NCBI GenBank assembly: GCA_946186495.1
Contig: CAMHNQ010000008.1
Location: 17,959 to 81,958 of the forward strand
DNA length: 64,000 nucleotides
Direction of reading: 5' to 3'
Origin: an uncultured Bacteroidales bacterium
GTDB lineage: Bacteria; Bacteroidota; Bacteroidia; Bacteroidales; WCHB1-69
A program made the position numbers and the translations under genes. Shown here piece by piece: positions 38,971-46,696 of the stretch (position 1 is its first letter; each line of letters opens with the position of its first letter). Under the pieces are notes generated by a model. It ran no database searches and was not told where the DNA came from. It saw nothing but the letters and a program-made list of their open reading frames with translations.

Positions 38971-38985
38971 CCGCCGTAAATGATT

Positions 38986-39059
38986 CGGGGTGTGGCGCAG
39001 TTGGCTAGCGCACTTGCATGGGGTGCAAGGGGTCGGAAGTTCGAGTCTTCTCACCCCGA
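38986..39059 (+). tRNA. tRNA-Pro (anticodon GGG)
   Basis: I folded the cloverleaf by hand. The acceptor is CGGGGTG/CACCCCG and the D-stem is GCGC/GCGC. The anticodon stem CTTGC/GCAAG carries the loop A-T-GGG-G-T. The T-arm is GGAAG-TTCGAGT-CTTCT and the discriminator is A. There is no encoded CCA. Confidence 0.9.
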
Positions 39060-39060
39060 C

Positions 39061-39111
39061 GAATTACAAAAAGGATAGAGACGACAGTTGCCGTCTCTTT
39101 TTTTGTAATTC
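39061..39111. terminator. Long composite hairpin / bidirectional terminator after tRNA-Pro
   Basis: Outer 12-bp arms GAATTACAAAAA/TTTTTGTAATTC enclose the inner hairpin AGAGACG-ACAGTTGC-CGTCTCT and a T-run. Confidence 0.65.
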
Positions 39112-39191
39112 TGATTCTTAGACAGGTCGTTGCTTCAACAACTACCGGCAGAAAAAAATCCAAAACCTATGTATTGTTTTTGAATAAAATG

Positions 39192-39199
39192 TACCTTTG
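39192..39199 (+). promoter_or_regulatory. -7 promoter box for tdh
   Basis: TACCTTTG lies 40 nt upstream of ATG 39239. Confidence 0.55.
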
Positions 39200-39238
39200 C
39201 ACCCTCAAAAAAATGTATTCACAAAAAACAGATAGAAG

Positions 39239-40192
39239 ATGAAAAAGATATTGGTCATTGGAGCTTGCGGACAGATTGGTTCCGAGTTAACCCCCGCATT
39301 GCGTGCAGTTTATGGTACCGACAACGTAGTTGCCGCCGACATGATTTACCCGTTGAAGGGTGATTTGGCCGATGCCGGTCCATCCTGCAAGATTGATGCC
39401 ACCAACGCGCAAGACATCGCCGACGCGGTGAAAAAATACAACATCGACGCCATCTACAACCTCGCCGCCATCCTCTCCGCCAAGGCGGAGGCCAACCCCA
39501 TGCTCGGCTGGAACGTCGGCATCGGCGCACTGCTCAACTGCCTGGAAGTCTCCCGCGAGTTCGGCTGCGCCCTCTTCACCCCGAGTTCCATCGGCGCCTT
39601 CGGCCCCGACACCCCCCACGATATGACCCCGCAGGACACCATCCAACGCCCGAAGACCATCTATGGCGTCACCAAGGTCACCGGCGAGCTGCTCAGCGAC
39701 TACTATTTCAAACGTTTCGGCGTTGACACCCGCTCGGTCCGTTTCCCCGGCCTCATCTCCAATGTCACGCTTCCCGGCGGCGGCACCACCGACTACGCCG
39801 TGGAAATCTACTATGCTGCTGTGAAGGGCGAGAAGTTCACCTGCCCCATCGCAAAAGGCACTTTCATGGACATGATGTACATGCCCGATGCCCTCAAAGC
39901 CGCCATGGACCTCATGGAAGCCGACCCGGCCAAGCTCATTCACCGCAACTCCTTCAACATCACGGCCATGAGCTTCGAACCCGAGATGATTTTCAACGAA
40001 ATCAAGAAGCACATCCCTGACTTCCAGATGGAGTACCAATACGACGAACTGCGCCAAAGCATCGCCGACTCCTGGCCGAACCAGATGGACGACCATTGCG
40101 CCCGCGAGGAGTGGGGCTTCAAACCGCAATACGACCTCACCTCCATGACCGTCGATATGATCAAAGTCCTGAAGGAACGCTACAACAAGTAA
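39239..40192 (+). CDS. tdh: L-threonine 3-dehydrogenase, extended-SDR (UDP-glucose 4-epimerase-like) type
   Basis: A 317-aa ORF with the Rossmann N-terminus ILVIGACGQIGSELTPALRAVYG and the YGVTK catalytic Tyr-x3-Lys. Length and motifs fit the SDR-type TDH family. Confidence 0.8.
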   Translation: MKKILVIGACGQIGSELTPALRAVYGTDNVVAADMIYPLKGDLADAGPSCKIDATNAQDIADAVKKYNIDAIYNLAAILSAKAEANPMLGWNVGIGALLNCLEVSREFGCALFTPSSIGAFGPDTPHDMTPQDTIQRPKTIYGVTKVTGELLSDYYFKRFGVDTRSVRFPGLISNVTLPGGGTTDYAVEIYYAAVKGEKFTCPIAKGTFMDMMYMPDALKAAMDLMEADPAKLIHRNSFNITAMSFEPEMIFNEIKKHIPDFQMEYQYDELRQSIADSWPNQMDDHCAREEWGFKPQYDLTSMTVDMIKVLKERYNK

Positions 40193-40208
40193 TTACTTTT
40201 TCCATCAT

Positions 40209-40246
40209 AAAAAACGGCGGGAACAAGACGGTTTCCGCCGTTTTTT
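40209..40246. terminator. Bidirectional intrinsic terminator after tdh
   Basis: A-run, then CGGCGGGAAC-AAGACG-GTTTCCGCCG, then a T-run. Confidence 0.75.
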
Positions 40247-40266
40247 AATCACAAAACTCCCAAAAC

Positions 40267-41760
40267 ATGGCATACTTCCTTGGAATAGACCTCGGCAGCT
40301 CCTCCGTGAAAGTCGTCCTGATGGACGGCGAGACGGGATCCGCGTCGGCTTCGGCCTTCGCTCCGCAAACAGAGGCCCCCATCAACGCCCCGCAAAACGG
40401 ATGGGCGGAACAAAACCCCAGCGACTGGTGGGTTTACCTGAAAACAGCCCTCCACACTGCCCTTCACACAGCGGGCATTCCACCTGAGGCCATCAAAGCC
40501 ATCGGCATCACCTACCAAATGCATGGTTTGGTGCTGGTTGACAAGCAGTTGCAAACTCTTCGACCAAGCATCATCTGGTGTGACAGTCGAGCCGTGCCTT
40601 ATGGGGAGCGGGCATTCGAGACGCTGGGCCACGACTATTGTCTGCAACATTTGCTCAACACGCCCGGCAACTTCACCGCCGCCAAACTGGCTTGGGTACG
40701 GGAAAACGAGCCCGGCATTTTCGACCGAGTACACAAATTCATGCTGCCTGGCGACTACATCGCCATGCGGATGACCGGCGAAGTGCGCACCACGGTATCC
40801 GGACTTTCCGAAGGCATGTTCTGGGATTTTCGCGAGAACAGGGTGTCGGAACCGCTGCTGCGTTGCCTCGGCATCCCCGAAGAGATGATTCCCGAACAAG
40901 TGCCGACTTTTGGAGAGCAGGGCTTCCTGACAGGATCTGCGGCTGCCGAACTCGGTCTGCCCGCCGGCATTCCCATCTGCTACCGGGCTGGCGACCAGCC
41001 CAACAATGCATTGTCCCTCAATGTCTTGAATCCTGGTGAAGTGGCCTCTACCGCCGGAACATCTGGGGTGGTTTATGGCATCAGCGACCAAGTCTGCACT
41101 GATCCGAAGTCCCGTATCAACATGTTCGCACACGTAAACCACCTTGCCGCAGTCCCCCGTTTGGGTGTGATGCACTGCACCAACGGTGTTGGTATCCAGA
41201 ATGCGTGGATGAAGCGGATGATTGCATCGGGTAAGAGCTACGAAGAGTTCAACGACATGGCGGCACAGGCTCCGGCCGGCTCGGACGGTGTTTCCATACT
41301 TCCTTTCGGAAATGGTGCCGAGCGCATCCTTGAAAACCGGCAGATCGGATCTTCCATCCACGGCATCAACTTCAACATACACGATGCCAGCGTATTGGCG
41401 CGCGCTGCGCAGGAAGGGGTAGCCTTCTCTTTCAAATACGGCATGGACATCATGCAGCAGACCGGCATGAGCACGCGCGTCATCCGGGCCGGGTACGCGA
41501 ACCTGTTCCTCAGTCCGGTCTTTCGCACCACGCTGGCGACAGTCGCCGATGCGGTCATCGAACTCTACGATACTAACGGCGCTCAGGGTGCGGCTATCGG
41601 TGCAGCATTGGGAAGCGGTCGCTACTCCACACCCGACGAGGCATTCCGCCCTCTCCGCAGGATTGCCGTTGTGGAGCCCGCCCCTGCTCTCCGCGCCGCA
41701 TGCATCGACGCTTACGCACGATGGAAAGAACTGCTGCGGCAGCGGATCGCCCAAATTTAA
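40267..41760 (+). CDS. xylB: Xylulokinase (FGGY family)
   Basis: A 497-aa ORF opening [18 protein letters not shown], with FGGY N- and C-domains. It lies adjacent to xylA. Confidence 0.9.
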   Translation: MAYFLGIDLGSSSVKVVLMDGETGSASASAFAPQTEAPINAPQNGWAEQNPSDWWVYLKTALHTALHTAGIPPEAIKAIGITYQMHGLVLVDKQLQTLRPSIIWCDSRAVPYGERAFETLGHDYCLQHLLNTPGNFTAAKLAWVRENEPGIFDRVHKFMLPGDYIAMRMTGEVRTTVSGLSEGMFWDFRENRVSEPLLRCLGIPEEMIPEQVPTFGEQGFLTGSAAAELGLPAGIPICYRAGDQPNNALSLNVLNPGEVASTAGTSGVVYGISDQVCTDPKSRINMFAHVNHLAAVPRLGVMHCTNGVGIQNAWMKRMIASGKSYEEFNDMAAQAPAGSDGVSILPFGNGAERILENRQIGSSIHGINFNIHDASVLARAAQEGVAFSFKYGMDIMQQTGMSTRVIRAGYANLFLSPVFRTTLATVADAVIELYDTNGAQGAAIGAALGSGRYSTPDEAFRPLRRIAVVEPAPALRAACIDAYARWKELLRQRIAQI

Positions 41761-41770
41761 AAGAAAAATG

Positions 41771-41778
41771 TACTTTTG
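41771..41778 (+). promoter_or_regulatory. -7 promoter box immediately after xylB, upstream of xylA
   Basis: TACTTTTG lies 30 nt upstream of ATG 41808. Confidence 0.55.
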
Positions 41779-41807
41779 CAGATTCAAGAGGAAATAAATC
41801 AAACAAT

Positions 41808-43136
41808 ATGGAATATTATCAAGGTTCAACCGCATTTTTCCCTAAGGTGGGGAAAATCCATTTCGAAGGCAAGGATTCCAAGAATCCGTTGGCTTTCCAC
41901 TATTATGACGAGAACCGTGTGGTGATGGGCAAGACCATGCGCGAGCACCTCAAGTTCGCGATGGCCTATTGGCACACCCTTTGCGCCGACGGCGTCGATC
42001 AATTCGGCGGCCCCACGAAGACCTTTCCGTGGAACGCCGCCGCCGACCCCATATCCCGTGCCAAGCTGAAGATGGATGCCGCCTTTGAGTTCATGACCAA
42101 GTGTGGCATACCCTACTACTGCTTCCACGATGTCGATGTGGTGGAGCCCGGCGACTCACTCTCCGAGTTCGAGAAACGGCTGTCCACGATGGTGGAACAC
42201 GCCCAAGGGCTGCAGCAGGCCACAGGAAAGCAACTTCTATGGTCCACCGCCAACGTCTTCGGCCACAAACGCTACATGAACGGCGCCGCCACCAACCCCG
42301 ACTTCCATGTCACCGCTTTCGCCGCCACGCAAATCAAGAACGCCATCGATGCCTGCATCGCCCTCGGCGGTCAGAACTACGTCTTCTGGGGCGGACGGGA
42401 AGGCTACATGTCGCTGCTCAACACCGACATGAAGCGCGAGAAAGAGCATCTGGCCATGCTGTTGACGATGGCGAGAGACTACGGCCGCAAGCAGGGCTTC
42501 AAGGGCACGTTCCTCATCGAGCCGAAGCCGATGGAACCCACCAAGCACCAATACGATGTCGATGCCGAGACGGTCATCGGGTTTCTCAGACACTACGGGC
42601 TGGACAAGGACTTTGCGCTGAACATCGAGGTGAACCACGCCACACTGGCCGGCCACACTTTCGAGCACGAGCTGCAGTGCGCCGCCGACGCGGGCATGCT
42701 GTGCAGCATCGACATCAACCGCGGCGACTACCAGAACGGCTGGGACACCGACCAGTTCCCGATCGATCCTTACGAGCTGACGATGGCATGGTTAGTGATC
42801 CTGCAGGGTGGCGGATTCACCACTGGCGGGACCAACTTCGATGCCAAGACGCGCCGCAACTCCACCGATTTGGAGGACCTCTTCTACGCGCATATCAGCG
42901 GCATGGACGCCTTCGCGCGCGGACTGCTCACCGCCGCCGCCATCCTCGAGAACTCCGACCTCGTGAAGATGCGCACCCAGCGCTACGCCTCCTTCGACGA
43001 GGGCCAAGGCAAGGCCTTTGAGGATGGAAAACTCACCTTGGAGGACCTGCGTAACATCGCCCTGCAGCTCCCCGAACCGGAACAACGCAGCGGCCAACAG
43101 GAACTCTACGAAATGATAGTCAGCATGTACCTGTAA
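41808..43136 (+). CDS. xylA: Xylose isomerase
   Basis: The start is at ATG 41808 ([35 protein letters not shown]). The track start 41700 overlaps the end of xylB and the promoter. Class II XylA motifs are present, including FHD, WGGREGY and IEPKP. Confidence 0.95.
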   Translation: MEYYQGSTAFFPKVGKIHFEGKDSKNPLAFHYYDENRVVMGKTMREHLKFAMAYWHTLCADGVDQFGGPTKTFPWNAAADPISRAKLKMDAAFEFMTKCGIPYYCFHDVDVVEPGDSLSEFEKRLSTMVEHAQGLQQATGKQLLWSTANVFGHKRYMNGAATNPDFHVTAFAATQIKNAIDACIALGGQNYVFWGGREGYMSLLNTDMKREKEHLAMLLTMARDYGRKQGFKGTFLIEPKPMEPTKHQYDVDAETVIGFLRHYGLDKDFALNIEVNHATLAGHTFEHELQCAADAGMLCSIDINRGDYQNGWDTDQFPIDPYELTMAWLVILQGGGFTTGGTNFDAKTRRNSTDLEDLFYAHISGMDAFARGLLTAAAILENSDLVKMRTQRYASFDEGQGKAFEDGKLTLEDLRNIALQLPEPEQRSGQQELYEMIVSMYL

Positions 43137-43196
43137 TCAATGTATAATGTACAATTATATTTCAGCAACAACATGCCAATAACTCAATAACCCAAT

Positions 43197-44759
43197 ATGA
43201 AACAGAGCAGATGGTACGTTTTCGCCCTGACCTTAGTGGCCACGATGGGCGGTTTGTTGTTCGGCTACGACACAGCGGTGATTTCCGGCACAGTGGAATC
43301 GTTGCGGGTCTTTTTCATAGAGCCGCAAAATTTGCCTACGGCGCAAGCCCACTCATTGGAGGGCTTCGTGGTGAGCAGCGCCCTGATTGGCTGCATCATC
43401 GGGGCGTGTGCAGCGGGATGGCTTTCGCAGAAGTTCGGGCGCAAGCCCTCGCTGATTATCGCGGCCGTCCTTTTCCTGCTCTCCGCCCTGCGCTCGGCAT
43501 GGCCCGAGATTTTCTTCGGGATGCCCGGTGACGGCGACTACACGTTCCTGCGCCACTTCGTCTTCTACCGCATCAGCGGTGGCATCGGCGTGGGCATCGC
43601 CTCGATGGTCTCCCCGATGTACATCGCCGAGGTTGCGCCCTCCGACAAGCGTGGCACCTTGGTGTCGTGGAACCAGTTCGCCATCGTGCTGGGGATGCTC
43701 ATCATCTACTTCGTGAACTATGGCATCGCGCAGCAGGGAGACGCGACCTGGCTTCACCACTACGGGTGGCGCTGGATGTTCGCCTCCGAGATGATTCCCG
43801 CAGGCCTTTTCCTCGTTGCACTCTGCTTCGTGCCTGAGACTCCGCGCTACATGGTGATGCGCGGCCGCGACGAGAAGGCCCTGGCCGTGCTGCGAAAAAT
43901 CTCCGGCGACAGCGCCGAAAAGGAGATGACCGCCATTCGCGAAAGCCTCGCCGAAAAAGAGGCTCCCATGCAGCCGTTCTACGTCTTCTTGCTCACCTGG
44001 CTCTTTTTCTTGGTGGCCGGCTTCATCGTTTTGAGACTGTGCCATGTAGCCAGTGCCTTTGAGATCTCGTTGGTCGCCAGCTTCCTGGTCGCCCTCGTGG
44101 TGCCCATCCGCAACTACGGAGTCCCCATCATCGTGGTTGGGGTGCTGTTGGCCTCGCTGCAGCAATTCATCGGCATCAACGTGGTGCTCTATTACGCCCC
44201 CGAAATTTTCAAGACCATGGGTTCCGCCACCGACACGGCCCTGCTGCAACAGGCCGTTGTGGGTGCGGTGAACCTCGTCTTCACCATCCTCGCCATCCTC
44301 ACGGTCGATCGCTTCGGCCGGCGGCCTCTGATGATTATCGGGGCTCTGGTGATGGCACTTTCCATGGTCGTCCTTGGCACCACCTTCCACACCCACAACG
44401 TGGGTGTCGGCTCGCTGGTCTGCATGCTCGTCTATACCGCCGGTTTCGCCATGTCGTGGGGCCCCGTCTGCTGGGTACTGCTGTCCGAAATCTTCCCCAA
44501 CTCCATCCGCTCCATGGTGATGGCAGTGGCCGTGGCCTCGCAGTGGATTTCCAACTTCCTGGTTTCATGGACGTTCCCGATGCTCGACAAGAACGAGACG
44601 CTCACCAGTCTGTTCAATCATGGTTTCGCCTACTGGCTCTACGGGCTGATGGGCATCCTTGCGGCCCTCTTCATCTGGAAGATGGTGCCCGAAACGACCG
44701 GCAAATCGTTGGAGGAGATGGAGACCTATTGGAAAGAACGGCGCCAGTCGCTTCGATAA
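43197..44759 (+). CDS. xylE: D-xylose:H+ symporter-like MFS sugar porter
   Basis: The sequence can be aligned by eye with my recollection of E. coli XylE (GINVVLYYAPEIFKTMG, MSWGPVCWVLLSEIFPN, VPETTGKSLEEME). It appears to carry an extra hydrophobic segment of about 43 aa in the central loop; see findings. Confidence 0.85.
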   Translation: MKQSRWYVFALTLVATMGGLLFGYDTAVISGTVESLRVFFIEPQNLPTAQAHSLEGFVVSSALIGCIIGACAAGWLSQKFGRKPSLIIAAVLFLLSALRSAWPEIFFGMPGDGDYTFLRHFVFYRISGGIGVGIASMVSPMYIAEVAPSDKRGTLVSWNQFAIVLGMLIIYFVNYGIAQQGDATWLHHYGWRWMFASEMIPAGLFLVALCFVPETPRYMVMRGRDEKALAVLRKISGDSAEKEMTAIRESLAEKEAPMQPFYVFLLTWLFFLVAGFIVLRLCHVASAFEISLVASFLVALVVPIRNYGVPIIVVGVLLASLQQFIGINVVLYYAPEIFKTMGSATDTALLQQAVVGAVNLVFTILAILTVDRFGRRPLMIIGALVMALSMVVLGTTFHTHNVGVGSLVCMLVYTAGFAMSWGPVCWVLLSEIFPNSIRSMVMAVAVASQWISNFLVSWTFPMLDKNETLTSLFNHGFAYWLYGLMGILAALFIWKMVPETTGKSLEEMETYWKERRQSLR

Positions 44760-44882
44760 GCTGCGGGCAACCTCTATTCCGTGCTTTCAGGAGGATTGCG
44801 GACCGGGCAAGTGCGTGGTCACATATCTCCGGGCCTCTTCTATTGGATTTTCCTGTTCCATGGTTTGATGTTTGTTCAGCTA

Positions 44883-44890
44883 TATTTTTG
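44883..44890 (+). promoter_or_regulatory. -7 promoter box for the 152-aa secreted protein gene
   Basis: TATTTTTG lies 22 nt upstream of ATG 44912. Confidence 0.45.
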
Positions 44891-44911
44891 CGGAAAATAA
44901 CGCCTGTAATT

Positions 44912-45370
44912 ATGAAACCGGCTATTGTATTTGTATTCAGCCTTTTGTGTTTGTCGTCCAGCCTTTGTGCCCAACAGGATTCAACACCTCAAGCTGAGAA
45001 GCCGATGGTCGGCATCCCCAATGTCCAAAGAATGCGTTCCGTTGGGGACCACGACACCCTTTGCCGGTTAATTTCATTCGCGGATACGGTTTATGTCACC
45101 GACGCTGATGCCCATTGGACCGTGGAACGCTATAAACATGCTTGTTTCGGTTTTTCTGAAGAGCAGCTGCGACAGCCGCTATGGGTTTTGCATATCAAAG
45201 GGACTCTGTGCAGCAAAATTTCCACGTTGGTGTGCCAAAAGGCCGACTACTATGCCCGAGGCAATCTGCGGTGGCTTCCGTTGAAACGGATGATACCTGT
45301 CGTGAGTCCTGCGGTGGACATTACGCTGGAATCTGCCGACTGCCAGCTGTTGTTCCAATTTGAGGAATAA
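44912..45370 (+). CDS. Secreted hypothetical protein (152 aa)
   Basis: The track ORF 44456.. overlaps xylE. ATG 44912 gives the signal peptide MKPAIVFVFSLLCLSSSLCAQ. No family was recognised. Confidence 0.55.
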   Translation: MKPAIVFVFSLLCLSSSLCAQQDSTPQAEKPMVGIPNVQRMRSVGDHDTLCRLISFADTVYVTDADAHWTVERYKHACFGFSEEQLRQPLWVLHIKGTLCSKISTLVCQKADYYARGNLRWLPLKRMIPVVSPAVDITLESADCQLLFQFEE

Positions 45371-45455
45371 TTCACCAAGCCAAAAGGTATAAGACCATAC
45401 CGATGGGGGTAAAAGTGTCCCCCAATATCAGTATCGTGTGAAGGCGTTACTTTTC

Positions 45456-45571
45456 TCCCGCAGAACTCGCAGACTTGTGCGGAGAATATCCCGCAGAACT
45501 CGCGGATTTGCACAGAAAAAGGTCTTTTTGACTTCTGCGGGAAACAAATTATCCCTAATTTCTGCAAATCC
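45456..45571. repeat. Cluster of short direct and inverted repeats (TCCCGCAGAA x3, GATTTGCA(C)AGAAA x2)
   Basis: TCCCGCAGAACTCGC(A/G)GA(C/T)TT occurs at 45456 and 45489, a 33-nt period. Its 10-nt head is inverted at 45533-45542. GGATTTGCACAGAAA at 45503 pairs with TTTCTGCAAATCC at 45559. Confidence 0.75.
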
Positions 45572-45754
45572 CCTATCGAGAAGAATCACATCAAAGGTTT
45601 GGGATGGTCAACTTTCGAATTATGGGCACAAATGAATTGTTCAGGGAGTGCGATGGCAAAGAGTCTTCAAAGACGAAGGCTGAGATGGACCTGTCGTTTG
45701 CCATCGCATACAGGATTGATTTCTTGCTGAAAAAGAAAGGGTTGTCAGAAGGAA

Positions 45755-46453
45755 TCAGCACCGAAGCATCTTCTCGCGGAGTTGCGTGTACCCGGCCTCG
45801 TTGAAGCGATATTGGATAGGGGAGTGGGGCGACTTCTTTTCCTCGTCGCTTTGTGCCACGGGGGTGAGCATCCCGGAAGCCAAGAATTTCTTCTGGAAGT
45901 TACGTCGGTCAAATTCCTTGCAGAATATCTGCGTGTAGAGCCGCTGCATCTCCGGGAGGGTGAAGATGTCGTCCAACAGGGCGAAGGCGACGGGGGAGTT
46001 GAGGACGGCCAGGCGGAGTTTCCAGAGCGCCATCCGGCAGATTCTCTCGTGGTCGAAGGCCAGCCGGGGCATCTCGTGCACATTGAACCAGCGGGCTTCC
46101 TTGGCGTCGTCGCCGGCAACCGCCGAAGACTGGTTCGGGCGCACGACCGACGCGAATGCGACTGAGATGGTCCGGCCGCGGGGATCGCGGTCAAGGTCGC
46201 TGAACGCCCCCACCTCATTGAGGAACTTCGGCGAAAGCCCTGTTTCCTCCTTCAGCTCCCTGCGGGCGGCCTCCTCCAGGGTCTCGTCCTCGTCCAAGAA
46301 ACCGCCGGGGAAAGCCCATTGCCCCTTGTAGGGCTCGTTGCCGCGTTTGATCAATAACGCGTTGAGGTGTGTGCCGTCGAAACTGAACACCACATTGTCC
46401 ACCGTCACCGCAGGACGCCAGTAATCATATGTGTAAGTCCCTTTTTCTCCCAT
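45755..46453 (-). CDS. NrtR-family Nudix-domain transcriptional regulator (candidate xylose-utilisation regulator)
   Basis: The start is at the internal ATG 46453 (MGEKGTYTYDYWRP), because the track start would lie next to the promoter box. The Nudix box is GGFLDEDETLEEAARRELKEETGL. It is followed by a C-terminal region of about 90 aa of the NrtR winged-helix type (AFDHERICRMALWKLR...LPEMQRLYTQIF...RNFQKKFL). Confidence 0.75.
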   Translation of the reverse strand: MGEKGTYTYDYWRPAVTVDNVVFSFDGTHLNALLIKRGNEPYKGQWAFPGGFLDEDETLEEAARRELKEETGLSPKFLNEVGAFSDLDRDPRGRTISVAFASVVRPNQSSAVAGDDAKEARWFNVHEMPRLAFDHERICRMALWKLRLAVLNSPVAFALLDDIFTLPEMQRLYTQIFCKEFDRRNFQKKFLASGMLTPVAQSDEEKKSPHSPIQYRFNEAGYTQLREKMLRC

Positions 46454-46477
46454 AGATTGTGTGATTTTTACACGGCG

Positions 46478-46485
46478 CAAAAGTA
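46478..46485 (-). promoter_or_regulatory. -7 promoter box for the Nudix regulator gene
   Basis: The reverse complement reads TACTTTTG and is preceded by an A-run, 25 nt upstream of ATG 46453. Confidence 0.55.
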
Positions 46486-46617
46486 CATTTTTTTTTCTTC
46501 CCTTTCAAAAGTTGTTTGTTGCCTTACTTAACCATGTGGTTGTTAATGGGTTATCCCGTAAATTGAAAAAAAAATCAATAAAGTGTGTAAATAGTACACA
46601 AGGTATCTTAATTTTAC

Positions 46618-46625
46618 TATTTTTG
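46618..46625 (+). promoter_or_regulatory. -7 promoter box for the efflux operon
   Basis: TATTTTTG lies 72 nt upstream of ATG 46697. Confidence 0.45.
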
Positions 46626-46696
46626 CAGCCGTTTTCCTAAATTGCGAAAAGTATTTATAATTTATTGTGTTCGAGATATTTAACAAATAAAAGAAT

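Noticed and set aside
40249-41835. A 528-aa ORF antisense to xylB. Similar long antisense or out-of-frame ORFs occur elsewhere, e.g. 42101-43021, 43353-44396, 51380-52633, 24622-25344, 36021-37007, 15517-16962 and 13138-14190.
   Set aside because: All of them lie entirely inside well-supported genes on the other strand or in another frame. Their translations are R/G/H/P-rich and low in complexity, with no recognisable motifs. This is the typical shadow-ORF pattern for GC-rich third-position coding sequence.
45604-45804. A 66-aa ORF taken as an intact gene.
   Set aside because: Its 3' third is antisense to the Nudix regulator coding sequence and has no meaning. Only the first 45 or so codens resemble an HTH-protein N-terminus, so I reported it as a possible remnant only.
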